From Lama glama (taxonomy: Eukaryota), in assembly GCA_028534125.1 (NCBI GenBank), contig CM052834.1:744001-808000 (forward strand): a DNA stretch of 64,000 nt, written 5' to 3'. Of this stretch, positions 24,718-36,491 are shown in pieces. The stretch's first letter is position 1. Every line of letters begins with the position of its first letter. Under the pieces are notes generated by a model. The model was not told where the DNA came from and searched no databases. It saw only the letters and a program-made list of their open reading frames with translations. The position numbers were made by a program, and so were the translations under genes.

Positions 24718-27271
24718 GTCTGTGCACTTTCTGGTGAACAGCCGATGGGCTGAACACCTCCCCAAGAAAGGGGCACACATGTGCAGCAAGGTGAGTGTCC
24801 CTCCTCGCCTGCACCCCTGCTCGGCTCGCTGGGGACCATCGGGGGACGGCCACAGACCAGGGAGCCCCGCCCAGCAGAGCAGAGACGCCCTCGGGCTTCC
24901 CAGAACAGGCAACTTCCTGCAGGCCTGTCCTGCCTCTGCGGGAGGTGGGCGTGGCCTCTGCCTCCCCCACCCAGAGGCAGGCCGGGCCCCTCCGCGCTCA
25001 CTTCCAAGTCGTGGGAGAGGCCCCCGGCCAGAGGCCTCGGAGGCCTCGGGTAGGAATCCGCTGAGCAGGGCTCACCAAGTAGCAGAGGTGGCCAGACTTC
25101 AGTTCGTAAACACTTGCTGGTCACGAAAACCATCCAGCCTCAAAAGCAGTGTCCTTTCCAGAAACCCACACACGTCTCCTTGTAAGTGACCCAAAAGTTT
25201 ACAAATTTTTTCCTAATAAATCGGTTGGATTATACTCCTGTAGAATTACTGACCCTTAAAAGTCTTCAAAACAGCCTCGGACCACACCGACGGCTCATTC
25301 AGTCTCAAGCCCTGCCCGGTCCCCTCTCACTCTTCCCTCTGGCTGGTCGGCACCCAGGGAGGGCCGAGCCAGGAGCAGGGCCTGGGCTCCACCTCTGCCG
25401 CAGCCAGGCTGGGGAGCCCTGTGCACGCGGGCCTCGTGCGGCTCCCGTGGAAGAACAAAGGGCGGGCGGCGTCTCTATGGCTCCCTTGGGCCCTGCCTGG
25501 CAGGACCTTCCTGTCTGCTTTTCCCAAAGCTGATCAGCCGGGGACGTGAGTGTCCCAGAAGTTCACAGCTTCGGGGATCGAGAGGCGCTTTACTTCCAGA
25601 CGTCTCTGAACCTCGAAAATGCTCATCTTTGTGCCCCTCCAGGAAGGGGATCAAGCTGCAGCACTCCTGACATAAGGCATAAAGTCTGATCATTAAAAGC
25701 GTTTTTATAGGACTGGAGAACTCGTAAGGCGGGAGGGGGTGGGAGGGCCCCAGAGCCCATCCCCTGGTCGGCCGTTTGGGGCAGAGATCTGGAAGAGATC
25801 TGGCTGAGGCCAGGGGTCCCCGGGCCAGGCAGAGAAGGCAGCTTTGTCCAGGTGTGCTGTTCCCGCCCTGGCCCGTCCCCTCCTCCACACATCCCACAGC
25901 CTCCAGGTCCCTCCCTGCAGCCGGCCTGCCTTGGCACCATCAACCCCGGTGGACAAACGTGGCCCATTTAGTGAGTGGATACGTGAGGTGCAGGGAGGTT
26001 CACAACGTGGTTGAGGTCACGCCACTGGGAAGAGCTTGGAGGTTCCTGAAACAGTGCTCGTGACCCTGGGCCGTGTGACGTGGGCTGGGGGCACCCAGGG
26101 GCGAGAGGGGTCCCTGACCTCACCGTGCTCCAAAGAGCTCAGAGCACCTGCAGCAGTGATCTCCACGCGGGGGAGGACGCAGAAACGTACGCCGTGACCC
26201 ATCATCCCAGACAGCATCTCGACGTCTGACCACATCTGACCACGTCTCCCTTCTCTGACGTCCCAGAAGAGGGTGGGCCCGTCTCCTGGGACCCCCGCCC
26301 TCCACTGACCCAGCACCGGCCGGTCTCACTCCCAATCCATCGTCTTCTGAGGACGAGGTCAGTCCTGCCCAGGAGCCAGCAGGAGGCCTGGCACTCTAAC
26401 GTCCCAGCCTGGAGACGCCCTCCTGCAGGGTTACTGACAGTGAGGCTCACACCGCCCGGACCCAGGCCGTTCACTCAACCCGCTGAGCAGCGAGAAGGAA
26501 GACAGCCTTCCTTGTCTTCGCAGCTAGAGAAACGCTTTCCAGGCAGACCTCAGAGCAAGGTGTGCAGGGCTGCCCGAGCGGGACCCCTCCCTCTGTCTCA
26601 CCGAGGGCATCTGGAGGAGGTCTCCCTGCGGGCCCGCTGCCGCCCCGCGCAGCGAGCAGCGGCGACACTGACGGCAGGCAGACCAGCCTCAGTGCGCTGG
26701 TGGCCGCTTCTCCTCTTGCTTCCCGGAAGGGACGGACAGGGACTCTTCGGGGACCGGGCTGTGCTGCCCAGAGCAACTGTTCTAGAGGCCGCCTCTCCGA
26801 GTCGCCTCCAGCTCTGTCACTGCCAAAGCCTGCCTTCTCCGCGGCAGGATGGGGCTGTGACAAGTTTTAATAAAACTGTGTTTATGCTGAACACAAGGCC
26901 AAACGGAATCTCCAGACTCTTATTTACAAACACCCCAACTGGAAGCAAGCAAAACAGTGCAAAACTGCTGGCCGCCCTCCCTTCCTGCCCTGCCCTCCCC
27001 CGGTGTCCTGGTCTCCAAGGAGCCAGATCCAGGGAGGGAGCCGGTCGTTTGCAGGGACTCCGCGAGGCGGTGCAGGGGGCCCTCCGCCCCCGGCTCCAGG
27101 CCGGGCCGTGGGTGGGTGAGCAGAGCCCTCAGACAGACGCCCGCCCGGGTTCCACTTTGATCGCTTTGGCTGGGGTTTCTGGATTTTGAGCCCCTCAGCA
27201 AGAGTCTGCTCCATTGCCAGTAACTTTTTTTTAGCTTCGGAGGAAGGAGCTCTGATGGTTTCACGTTAATG

Positions 27272-27478
27272 AAGGTTACATTCAAGGGCTTCCTGCGAGC
27301 CAGACGCACTGCTAGGCGTGTTAGACACTGTCGGCCCCTGTGATGAGCCTAGGCTGTGCGCATTACCACCCCACACTGCGGAGGACCCAGGACTGTGCGT
27401 GTAAGTGACCTGCCCACGGGTCAGCAGCTGGTAGAACTGAGGGTTGAAATCCTGGCTCAGAACTCCAAACCCCATGCT
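27272..27478 (-). mobile_element. MIR SINE, near full length
   Basis: gtaagtgacctgcccacgggtcagcagctggtagaactgagggttgaaatcctggctcagaactccaaaccc is the antisense MIR head and core. The tail is recognisable at 27275-27325. Confidence 0.8.
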
Positions 27479-29629
27479 GAAGACCACCAGCACTTCTCCC
27501 CAGCAGGCGAGTGACTCTGACGACCCGTCTGAGAAAGCCAAGGGTGAGATGAGGTGCTGGGGTGTCCCCGGGCCCCAAACAGCTGCACCAGCACCGATGA
27601 CACAGGAAACTTCAGCCCCGGAATGCCCCCCTCCCCCACAGTCAATCCCGTGAAATGCACGTCTTCTCCAGACAAAGTTGACTCCCTTCGTGCACACATG
27701 TCACCCGTCACCCTCCACCGCACGGAGCAGGCTAGCCCTGGGCCCGCAGGAGGGGTCCCGGGTGCAGCGGCCCCCAGTGTGGCCCATGATGAAGCCCCGG
27801 CCGAGCTCCTCCGGTCACCTGCCACGGAAGGTACAGGGAAGCGTGGCTCCCTACAGCCCTCCCTCCCTGCCTCTGGCCTCCGTGCCCAGAGCTACAGCCG
27901 GGAAAGGAAGTTCCTGGACACGGAGCGTTTCCTTCCCCTCAGAGGGCGCGTCCTCCTGCTCCACCAGCGCCTTCTCCTCGTCCGACCTCACCCTCCAGCC
28001 CCTCGAACGGGGCTGCCGCCCTGAGGGGCCAGCACCACCCTCTCGGGGACGTGCCTTTGCCTCGATGAGCCGGGGCGGGGGCAGGGCCGAGGGCAGCGTC
28101 TCAGCGTCATCGCCTCCTGGTGCCCAACCCCGAGAGGTCAGGAGCCACCAGAAGCCCCCTGCTGACGCTGACGCCCCACCTGTCCACACTGACCCACCCG
28201 CAGACGGCGGTTCTGCTGCTCCAGCTGAAACGCCGCCTCTTCCGAGTGAGAGCAGCTGGCGTCAGTGCCCCAGAGCAGCCCCGGTGGCGGCTTCACCTTT
28301 GCAAAGGTGACAGTGAGGCAAGTCAGAGCGGAACCGAGTCGGGAGTCGGGAGGGCAGGCCGCCCTCCAGGCTTTATTGCTGGCCAGCGGCATCGCTGTGG
28401 ACAACGTCCTTAACTTCTCCGGCTCGAGCATCCTCACGCTCCAAGTGGGAGGTGTGGGCCAGGTGAGCCTCAGAAGGCAGCACCCGGGCTCTGTGGGGCG
28501 TGACACAAACCTCGTCTCAGCAGCTGAGCAGGTGTGAGTGTTGAAGCGGCAAAGCAAGGAGGCCGCTCTTTTGTAACCAAGGAAAAAAACAGCAATAGAG
28601 TATCTGGGTTTGATCACCAAGGACCCTCAAAAGAGACTTCAGACCTGGCTGTCGGGTTCGCACACACGAGCCCCTCGGAGCGGTGCCTGCGCGGCCCCGA
28701 CACGTGTACCGTGACCTCCTGCTTACGTCCGAGCCCTCAGGCGGGACAGGGATCTCCAGGGCCGCCGTCTCTCTGCCCCTGCGGCACCCCCACCCCGGCT
28801 CCCTGCGGGCAGTCAGCGCCATGGCCTGAATGACCTTCGACCGTGCAGAGCTGACACCTGACCACGCCAGAGCCCGCGCGGCCAGCACACATCTCGCGGA
28901 CTCTGTGCTTCTCCATTTTTCTGGAGATTTCCACGGGAAAGTGCTCTAACAGGCCTGTGTCCTGGGTGGGGTTGGGGCGGCCTCTGCAGATGGTGGACTC
29001 CCTCCCCGGCCCTTCCCCCCGAGCTCCAGGAAACGGGGTGCCGGTGGGCCCAGTGCCTGACAGCCACACCCCCGGGCTCTCCTGACACCCCCTTCCTCCA
29101 CTCCAGAGCCCACCTGCCACCCAACACCGCTGCACCCCGAGCACGGCCTGAGAGGAGTCCACCCTCCTCCGAGGCCTGGCTCCTGCCGCTCCGCTCACCG
29201 CCCGAGGCACAGCCCCCATCTGGGAGGCATTTGGCGCATATTTAATCAAAGGCATCTGATTTCAGTGAGGCCCCAGTTCTTCCCCTCCGTCTGCTTGGCA
29301 GGAAGGAGCCCTTTGCACCTGCCTGGCAGCCAGAGCGTGGCGCTCCGCGTCCTCGAGGGCGGGCTAAGTAGCAGAGCAGACTTGGGATGAAATTCGACTC
29401 GACGTTACGTCGTTGTCCTCAGGTTGCAGGTCACACTGCACACGGGTGCTGCCTTCGGCTGCTGGCAGCGACGGCCCTGCCCGGGAGGCGGCACCCCAGA
29501 ACCGCAGCGGGGCAGTGAGTGGCCCCGCAGGCCAGGCCAGGGGGCTCAGGCCCACCCAGGACACAGCACAGAGGGCGGGCGCGGGAGCCCAGCACCCAAA
29601 CGGGGCAGAAGGCTCACCCTGAGGCCTCA

Positions 29630-29700
29630 GGGACCACAGCCCGTCGGGACCACAGTGCGTCGGGGACCACAGCCCGGCGGGGACCACAGCCCGGCAGGGA
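29630..29700. repeat. 16-17 bp minisatellite, 4 copies (gggaccacagcccggcg)
   Basis: Units start at 29630, 29646, 29663 and 29680, with invariant gggaccacag. Confidence 0.95.
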
Positions 29701-30292
29701 CGGGCTGGCCCGAGCAGGACGGAGCTGCAGACCCGTGTGACGGGGACGGAGCTGGGTGCAACCAGCCTGCCCCAGAGCAGCTGGCCAGGTTCCCGGGCTC
29801 CCGGGCCGCCAGGGCCAGCCAAGTGACTGGTTCCTGAACTGCCTGGGGACAGAGCTGCACAGGAGCCTCAAACCTCCAGGCGAGGTAAGCAGAGCGTCAT
29901 CATGAAAGTGGAAAGAAATGACCGAACCTGCGGGAGAAGCTGGCTGGAGAGGGAAGGAGGCTGGGGCAGAGGCAGGGCCACCCGCGGTTCCCTGCCCGCT
30001 CTCGCTCGAGGGGCTGGCGGGGGACGAGGCCCGCCTCACTTCTCCGAAGGAGAAGGATAGCCACCGTGTCCTGGGTGGGGCTGCGCTCCCTCTGATGGCT
30101 GGGGTGGGGGGTTCAGAGGCCCTCGGGGGACCTCACCTCAGCGTGGAGCCTGGCGCGGGCTGACCAGTGATGGAGCAATCCCGGGACGTGAAGCAGCCCG
30201 CAGCCGGGGCCGCACTGCAGAGTCAGCCGGGCAGCCCACGGGGCCCTGACGCTGGTCGCCAGCAGAGGCGGAACTGCACTGGGGCATCCACA

Positions 30293-30450
30293 CCGTGGCT
30301 CTCCCGCCGAAGGTGGTCCCAGACCAGCAACACCAGGGGGCTTGTCTGAAATGCCCAACCGCAGCCCGTCCCAGAGCCACCGAGCCTCGGGGTGGCCCGG
30401 GGGTCGGTGTCTCCACAGGTCCTCCAGGAGTCTGACGTGCGGCCGAGGAA
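30293..30450 (+). mobile_element. MER5A fossil, GC-shifted
   Basis: ccgtggctctc...ggtggtcccagaccagcaacaccagggggcttgtctgaaatgc...cctccaggagtctgacgtgc is colinear with MER5A. Confidence 0.7.
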
Positions 30451-31639
30451 GAGAATTATTAAAGACGCACACGCCCAAAGGCTCCCCCACCCAGAACCAC
30501 AGGATGGTGGGAGGTTACCACGGACAAGGTCACGTCCAGACCGCGCAGGCACAGAAGGACACTCAGGGCCCTGATCCAGCTGACCCCGCCTCCCCAGGGA
30601 GCCGCTCGTGTCCACCCCGTGTGGCCCACAGACCCTCTGCCACTGGGGGTAGGCACCTCTGGGCCCCGGGACGCCCACCACCCAGGGGTGCTCGAGGTCA
30701 GCCCAGCCCCACAATATCCTCGCTTCTTACACGAGCCCCCACCTGCGGACTCTGGGTTTTCTCTCTCAAAAACTAGAATAAAAATCTGCTGAAGAGTCCA
30801 CGGGGGCTGATACCAGTGACCCCTCGCAACATCAGCACCCGAGACGCTTCCTGGGATAGGGAAGAAGTCCCTTATCCTGGGAGAGCGCCACTAGGCGATA
30901 AAAGCAACGTTGTGAGGATTCCCCGCCTCCACCCCCGCCCCCCGGCGAAGAGCGTCCTGGGCCCAAGCTGCACCATTATCACTTCTCCGCTTGCCCCCAG
31001 CAGCCGACGGGCCGTCGGGGTAGGGACTGCGCTGTCCACGCTGCTGTGACCACAGCGCCCCGCTCATCACCCACGTCCGCTCCACGGGAGCCGCTGAAGG
31101 AACCCCACGGCCTGCTCGTCCACCGGCCAGAGGAGCCCCAAGGCCAGGCTGCAGCAGAGCCGCCGGGCCCGGGTCACCAGGCCCCTTCCCGCCAAGTCCT
31201 TCCCTGGAGCCGATGGCCAATCCCGGGGACGCGTCTGGCAGACACCGGCCCCAGAGAGCCGGCACCGCTGGGGCACACTCTCCTCTGCCTGCTCCACCCC
31301 AGAGACTGCATCCTAGGAATTCCAGCCCCCTAGCTCTCCCCGAGTTCCTTTACTAAAAAGGATCCTGGGAGGGCAAGTTCTGGTGTCCCGATTCCTTGTC
31401 ACGCGAACAACCAAACGTGCTCCCAGCGAGTTTTGACGTTAGCGCTAAGTGGAGAGTCAGGTTCAAGGTTCTTTGCAAAGAAAAAGGACAGACAGAGACA
31501 GAAATGGCCGGGTGCGAATGGCGGGCCCTCAGCAGTGGTAACTCTGCCCGTTTCAGTGCCTCCAGCGGCTCCCCCGGGTCCCGCGAGCCAGGCGGGAAAA
31601 GGCGCAAAGGGGCCAGAAGAGCCTAACTCTCGCTGGAGC

Positions 31640-31727
31640 CCTCGGCAGCCTCTCTGGGCCTCAGCTCCCTCACCTGTGAAATGGCAGCTGGACTGAGGAC
31701 CTCGAAGGGGACTTCCAACCCTAAAAG
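31640..31727 (+). mobile_element. MIR/MIR3 fragment
   Basis: cctctctgggcctcagctccctcacctgtgaaatgg...ggactgaggacctcgaaggggacttccaaccctaaaa. Confidence 0.7.
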
Positions 31728-33692
31728 GCGATGACTGAAAACGTCACCAAGCCTGAATAGCTGGCTGTGCACTTCAGAAAGTGCTTGCCCACCTCCAGTG
31801 GGCAGCAGGGAACGCCACCATCTGCGAGGTTCTCCTTGGACTTTTGACTTTGATCCCTGACAAAAGCCCCCCCGTGCCCCCAGAACAGGCCCTGGGCAGG
31901 CAGGCCGCAACCTCTCTTTGCACAAGCACGATGGCAGCAGGTTGAGAACAAAGAGCAGGAAAAATGTCAGACAAAGGCAAGGTCTGGGTAACGGGGAGCA
32001 GTGGAAGGGCACGGAGGGGGCCGGAGCGCACAAGTGATCTCGCTGCAGCTTTGCCTGGAGTGACACCAGCTCTGCTGCAGAGCAGAGTCCTCTGTAGAAG
32101 AGCTGGGTCAACTCCCTGGGGTCAGGACGAACCTGGAGAGGGTTCCAGAGAACAGGGCTCCTGGGTTCCAAGAGCTGCTCAAGGGGCCAGCACAGGCTGG
32201 GGAAGGAACGGGGTCCCCCCGTCTCAGCCACACCTTCCTGAGCCAGTCTGACCACGTGCTCTTTGGGGAGGGCGACACAGGAGCCCTGGTTTGCGGCATC
32301 TGCCGATTTCCGTGGTGTAAACGCTGTCACCAGCGCCCACTTGGAACTATCGGTCTGATGACGCTGGACGCAGAGGTCAGAGGCCCGGGTTCTGTCGGCG
32401 CTCGTGAGCCTTCCAACCCCTTGGTCCGAGGCAGGGAGTTCCTGTTAGGTAAACGCGGTGTTTCTAGGGCGGGGACACGGTCTGAGACACTGCTGCCTGC
32501 CCTCGGTGGCCCCTGCTCCACCCACAGGCCGTCCTGCCCAGTCCCCTCTCACCGCAGGGAGGGCAGCAGAGGAAGGAGAGGGAACCCCTGGGCCAGGCCA
32601 CCGAGTGACTCCCAGGAAGGTGCTGGGGAGGGGCCTGGAGGCACTGAGAAAAACGAAGTTGGAGTATCACCAGCCAAAGTTACTCATCCTGGCCCCTGGG
32701 GTAGCAGGCGTTGGCTGCAGCCTCACAGGGAGCAAGGGTGATGGACAGAGTGGCCTGGGGCCAGGACATCCGTCTGGTCCGGGGGCCCACCAGTCGGAAC
32801 CCGAACAAAGCAAGACCCCACGGAGACCGAGGCCCAAGTTACGGTAAATCACGGATGCGATAATCACTTACATGTGGACGTGTCCTACGGGGGACACACG
32901 CTTTCACAAATCCCTCCCCAGCCCTGCGCTGTTGTTTTTTTTCTTTTTGATCCCGGGAGGAAGACGGGTACAGGCAGTTCTTCCCCTAAAAAGCTGAGGG
33001 TGCAGGAGTGGGTGCCGTGCGCGGTGGGGAGCTGTCCCATGGCAGCCCCTCGCCCCGTCCCCTCGCCCCGGCACCCCCTTTCCGGAGCTCTTATTCATCC
33101 CGTCTTGGCAGCTGCCTCTTGTGTAACTGAAACCTCAAGAAACTTTTTGTTTGGCTTTATAGTCAGAAGAAATTCCAGTAACTTGGTTCCCGCTACTCAA
33201 AAAAAAAAATTCCCAGCCCGGCTCTGGAGAACTCAGCTCCCCGCCCCCCAGCACAGACTGGTCCCTGAGAGCAGGCTCCTCCCGCCCCACCCGACTCTGT
33301 GCGGGGCCTGGCCCCTCATGCTGCGGCCTGGCGGGCCCGGGGCTGAGGGCAGGGTGAGGCGGGCAACGCGGGCCTGCTCCGTGGCTGCAGCCAAGAGAGT
33401 TAAGGGCTGTTGAAAGGTCTGCTTGGCTGGTCTCCCTCTCACCGGGGTTCGCTGCTCACTTTTGTTTCTGGCCGGCAGGACGGGGAGCCTGTGGTGAGGC
33501 CCGCTGTCCGCGCACCGGAGACCGTGCCCAGGCCCCCTCCCCGGGCCTCTAACCAGGATCTGCCCGCGTCCTGACCTGCTGCCTGCCCGCCTGGGCCGGC
33601 AAGTGACCGCTGTTGAGTCAGGAAGACGGCCTTGACTCCGTGTGTCCTGAACCCTCTCCTTCAAGTGGGGCCACCGGGAAGCTTGTTTAAGC

Positions 33693-34400
33693 AGCAGCAA
33701 AGGCGGCCTGCCTGCACTGCTGGTGGGAGTGTAAACTGATGCAGCCACCATGGAAAGCAGTGCGGGGGGCTCCCTGAACGCTGAACCAGAGCCACCCTGT
33801 GACCCAGCAGTCCCACTCCTGGGCACGTAATGGAGGAAACTAATTCGAAAAGTTACGCACACCCCGATGTTCACAGCAGCACCATTTGCAGCAGCCAAGA
33901 CGTGGAAACAACCTAAGTGTCCATCGGCAGACGACCGGATAAAGCAGCTGTGCAGTGGAGTACTACTCAGCCACGAAACGGAACAGAACAACGCCATTTA
34001 CAGCAACGGGGATGGGCCTAGAGATGATCACACTAAGTGAAGTAGGTCAGACAGAGAAAGAAAAATCTCACATGACACCACTCACTTGTGGAATCTAAAA
34101 TATGATACAAACAAACGTTTACGAGATGGAAGGAAACTCACAGGCATAGAAAATAGCCGTGTGGTCACCAAAGGGCAAGTGGGGAGGAGGGGTAAGTTAG
34201 GAGCGTGGGAGGAACAGACACCAACAACAATAAACAAAACAGACAGACAAGGTCCGACTGCACAGCTCAGGGAGCCGTGCTCGGGGCCCTGCGACAACCT
34301 GCAGTTTCTCGCAAGAGCTCTGCCTCTTCAGGAAAGAATCTGAAGCTGTGCCCCTGAAACTAACAGAATGCTGTGAACCAACTACAGCTGAGTAAGAAAG
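33693..34400 (+). mobile_element. 5'-truncated L1 (ORF2 end plus 3' UTR), cetartiodactyl-type
   Basis: Continuous similarity to the L1 3' end: ctggtgggagtgtaaactgatgcagccaccatgga, gacccagcagtcccactcctggg, acaacctaagtgtccatc, ctaagtgaagtaggtcagacagagaaaga, tgtggaatctaaaatatgatacaaa, cctgaaactaacagaatgctgtgaaccaacta. Confidence 0.95.
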
Positions 34401-34430
34401 AGGTCAACTAAAAGGAAGAGGATTTGGGGG

Positions 34431-34545
34431 AAGGCAGCCCCCTGGGCCCCCCTCCTGAGGAACTGAATCAGAAACCGCACTTTAACAGGACCCCCCACCG
34501 GTTCAGGGGGCAAGCTGAGCCCGCACGAAGCTGGAGGGACACTAG
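34431..34545 (+). mobile_element. MER5A1 3' half (5' part probably at about 33655-33692, split by the L1)
   Basis: ctgggccccc...aactgaatcagaaaccgcactttaacaggacccccc matches MER5A1 cctactgaatcagaatctgcattttaacaagatcccc. Confidence 0.7.
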
Positions 34546-34869
34546 TGAGAGGTGCCCTGGTGACGCTGCTGGCTGCCTGCGGCGTGCCGGCGGGACCCGC
34601 TCCAGCGGGCGCACGAGCCCCGCACGCACACAGACGGTCCCCGTGGGTGGCCGTGGGCGTTGTGCGCAGGCCCGCGGAGGTGATCGCTCTCATCGTCCCA
34701 AGTCAACCTCGTGACACCCGAAGTCCCCCCGCCTGCATTTCCAGCAGAGCCTTAGCTGACAGTTTGCTACCCAGACCCTCGCCGCCCCTCTTCTCCTCCA
34801 TCCCCTCCCACCAGGAAGCCACCTTGTCCGCCTCCCGTGCAGCTGTAACCAGCTGACTGAATCCTGGCC

Positions 34870-35010
34870 ACTCAACAGTTTCCAGACGCACGGACGCACC
34901 CTGGGAGCTCGGTCCAAATGCAGAATTCCAGGCTCCACCCCAGACCTACAGTACTCAGATCTGTCTTAAGATCCTCAGTGACACTTTTGCATATTAAATT
35001 CAGGAAGTGT
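34870..35010 (+). mobile_element. MER5A1 fossil
   Basis: cctgggagctcggtccaaatgcagaattccaggctccaccccagacctac...aagatcctcagtgacacttttgcatattaaa. Confidence 0.75.
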
Positions 35011-35014
35011 TATC

Positions 35015-35281
35015 CTAGGGGCTCCTGGGAAAGTCTCTTTCCTGTTAAAGGGACAGAGTTGCTGCCACCATGCCTGCCTCATCCCCCTGCCTTGAATGTA
35101 AGTATGATGCCAGGGTCGGCATCAGCCATCCACAAGAATGAAAAAGTGAGTGAGCACAAGCAGGCTGGGGATGAGGATGCAAAAGTGACAAAGAGTCTGG
35201 GTCCTCAGTGGCACCCTGAGCTGCTGGACCAGACTTCCTAAGTGTCCTGTTACTGGAAGCTGAAAACATTGCTAATTAACA
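35015..35281 (+). mobile_element. MLT1J/L-like MaLR LTR, 3' part
   Basis: ggctcctgggaaagtctctttcctgttaaagggacaga, cctgccttgaatgtaagtatgatgcc...cagccatc, and the terminal ctgttactggaagctgaaaacattgctaattaaca. Confidence 0.75.
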
Positions 35282-35991
35282 CGTGCTCTAAGGCCGAGCA
35301 CGAGGAAGGGTCTCCAAGGAGGTGGCCACGCCCAGAAGCTGCACCTCCCTGGAGACGCGCCCTGGCCGGGCTGCAGGTCCCCTGATCCTGACCACTCCTC
35401 GGGGGGCATGGCTGGCTGACACTGCGCACAGGCACGCCGCACACGTGTTTCTCGTCCTTCTGAGCGCCTGCGCAGCCATGGGGAGCAGCAGTCGTGGTGA
35501 CCTCCTCCTGAAGTCGCTGCCCCAGGGCCTCCATGGGCACCTGAGTCCCCCCAGGCATTTACTGGACACTCAGTTTCCTACGCGGTGCCCGTCCCGCCTC
35601 GCTCCGCACACAGGCTCCCTGAGCTTTCTTGTTGGGGACGAAATCCAGCCACTGAGCTCTGCAAGGCAGGGCGCACCCAGGCCAGCTGGTACCTTTTGGC
35701 TCACAGGATGGGCCTTCCTTTGGGGACGGGAAAGGAGGAGGAGGAGGAGGCAGGAGAAACTGGACGCATCCCAACCCAGCCTCCAAAGAGCGATGCCATG
35801 CAAAGTCTAGCCGTTCCAGAAGCGCCACCTTGGGTCTCCTCCCTCCACAATCTCAGCAGTGATCTGGCTTAGACGGTGACGCCTCAGCCTGCGGAGGACA
35901 GGCTGCAGAGCTCTGGGTTGGTTTTCAAATAACGATCGTCAAATGATTATGTTAAGCTACCTAGGTTCTTCGAAAGGAAGGCAGGAGGGAG

Positions 35992-36491
35992 NNNNNNNNN
36001 NNNNNNNNNNNNNNNNNNNNNNNNNNNNNNNNNNNNNNNNNNNNNNNNNNNNNNNNNNNNNNNNNNNNNNNNNNNNNNNNNNNNNNNNNNNNNNNNNNNN
36101 NNNNNNNNNNNNNNNNNNNNNNNNNNNNNNNNNNNNNNNNNNNNNNNNNNNNNNNNNNNNNNNNNNNNNNNNNNNNNNNNNNNNNNNNNNNNNNNNNNNN
36201 NNNNNNNNNNNNNNNNNNNNNNNNNNNNNNNNNNNNNNNNNNNNNNNNNNNNNNNNNNNNNNNNNNNNNNNNNNNNNNNNNNNNNNNNNNNNNNNNNNNN
36301 NNNNNNNNNNNNNNNNNNNNNNNNNNNNNNNNNNNNNNNNNNNNNNNNNNNNNNNNNNNNNNNNNNNNNNNNNNNNNNNNNNNNNNNNNNNNNNNNNNNN
36401 NNNNNNNNNNNNNNNNNNNNNNNNNNNNNNNNNNNNNNNNNNNNNNNNNNNNNNNNNNNNNNNNNNNNNNNNNNNNNNNNNNNNNNNNNNN
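35992..36491. other. Assembly gap (500 N)
   Basis: Run of N. Confidence 1.

Noticed and set aside
28265-28537. Protein-looking peptide (…LLLASGIAVDNVLNFSGSSILTLQVGGVGQ) ending near a CAG|GTGAG donor
   Set aside because: No convincing acceptor, no family I recognise and no partner exons. A BLASTX would settle it.
29630-29700. Regularly spaced direct repeats as a CRISPR array
   Set aside because: Units are 16-17 bp and contiguous, with no unique spacers and no cas genes, in a mammalian context.
33233-33997. 254-aa minus ORF with protein-like N-terminus (…GHLGCFHVLAAANGAAVNIGV…)
   Set aside because: Antisense translation of the L1 3' end, a common annotation artefact.
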